A DNA stretch of 64,000 nt from Felis catus (Eukaryota): assembly GCF_018350175.1 (NCBI RefSeq), contig NC_058368.1, forward strand, positions 31,560,001 through 31,624,000, read 5' to 3'. The notes beneath the pieces were generated by a model, which worked only from the letters and a program-made list of their open reading frames with translations, was not told the origin of the DNA and ran no database searches. Shown piece after piece: positions 62,945 to 64,000 of this stretch. The position numbers and the translations under genes are program-made. Every line of letters starts with the position of its first letter. The stretch's first letter is position 1.

Positions 62945-64000
62945 TAAAGCACCATGAGTGTGTTGGATCTTATGGGCTAAGCTACAGAAAATCTTGTTTT
63001 GTTTCAGTGCCTTCTCTTTGTGGGCCCCCTTCAAAACTAGCAGATGTTCAGGTCCTTAGTAAATAGGCCAGGGTAACACACCCAAATGAGGAATATGTTG
63101 CCTCCAAAATGTAGAGATCCTTTTTGGTTGTAGGAGGGACCAGGTCCAACAACTTATCCTTCATTTTAGAAGATATATTTCAATATGACCCATACCACAG
63201 GGCTCCTGAGGTGAAAGTTCTCTGAACTTTTGTTGGATTTACTTCTCACCCTTTGGTATGCAAATATATCACTACTAACTCTAGCATAGTTACTACTTCT
63301 CTCTCACTAAGCCCAGACAGCAAGGTAATGGACCAGGGTGACATCCTGTGGAAGAGCAAGGTGATGAGAATCCTTGCCGACTAAAGTATGACAAAGGGCT
63401 AGTGATTTGATCTAACCCCAAGGTAAGACAGTGAAGGTATATTGCTGGCCTTGCCAGCTAAAAACAAACTGCTTCTGGCAGACCTTATAGACAGCGTGGA
63501 GAAAAAGGCACTTTTCAGATCAATAATTGCATAGTATGTACCAGGGGATGTGGTAATTTGCTTAAGCAATTAAACCACATCTGTATAGAAGCTGCAATTT
63601 GAGTCTCCACCTGGTTTAGTTTACAATAATCCAATGTCAATCTCCAAAATCCATCTGTCTTCTACACAAGCCAGTTAGGAGAGTTGAATGAGGAGATGGT
63701 GGGAATCACCACACATGCATCTTTCAACTCCTTGATGGTGGCAGTATTCTCAGCAATGGCCCCAAGACTATCGTATTACTTCTGTGGAGGCTGAGAATTC
63801 CTATAATCTGCTGTCTGCAAACTGGAGGTCCAAGAAAGCCAATAGTGCAATTCTAAAACAAAGGCCTGAGGACTATGGCAACCAAGGCTATTAATCCAAG
63901 TCCAGGAGCAGAAGATTAATGTCCCAGGCAGGGAGGAAGGAATCATGCCCACCCACGCTGGGGAAGCATTACTGAGTTCACCTGTTTGAATGTTAATCTC

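Larger units (their letters stand above)
60857..64000 (-). mobile_element. Deleted ERV-L provirus: MLT2 3' LTR (60857-61174), PPT, dUTPase and RNase H/RT remnants, MLT2 LTR piece (about 63781-64000)
   Basis: MLT2 motifs CCCTCACAGACACATCCAGAAATAATG and ATAAAATTAACTATCA. AGTCCACCCCTT beside the LTR is an antisense PPT. dUTPase-like sequence at about 61930-62220; RT sequence at 62950-63775 is homologous to 55200-56020; GGAGGCTGAGAATTCC..AATCTGCTGTCTGCAAACTGGAG is MLT2. Confidence 0.88.

Noticed and set aside
1..64000. tRNA genes, snoRNAs, CRISPR arrays or prokaryotic systems
   Set aside because: A/B boxes all belong to SINE heads; no convincing C/D or H/ACA structure; no repeat-spacer array; the DNA is mammalian.

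Overview
AT-rich mammalian genomic DNA from a felid (most likely the cat lineage), judged from about 27 tRNA-derived CanSINEs, several of the young SINEC_Fc type, and an L1_Fc-type 3' end. I can support no intact protein-coding gene, RNA gene or prokaryotic system; most ORF-track entries lie in SINE, L1, ERV or low-complexity sequence or match nothing I recognise. Recognisable content: an internally deleted RPSA processed pseudogene (6406-7099); a young gammaretroviral-type solo LTR with a 4-bp TSD (39336-39687); two ERV-L remnants (about 55150-56895 and 60857-64000); a two-LTR MLT1 MaLR element; and many L1, L2, MIR and MER relics. The most unusual signal is that the 3' part of the old RPSA retrocopy has gained CpGs and promoter-like motifs instead of decaying. 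Other notable items are a probable L1 3' transduction, two cases of target-site reuse, a tailless SINE, and a split and inverted MLT1 LTR. Repeat subfamily names come from recalled consensus sequences rather than a database search, and boundaries of old repeats are approximate.
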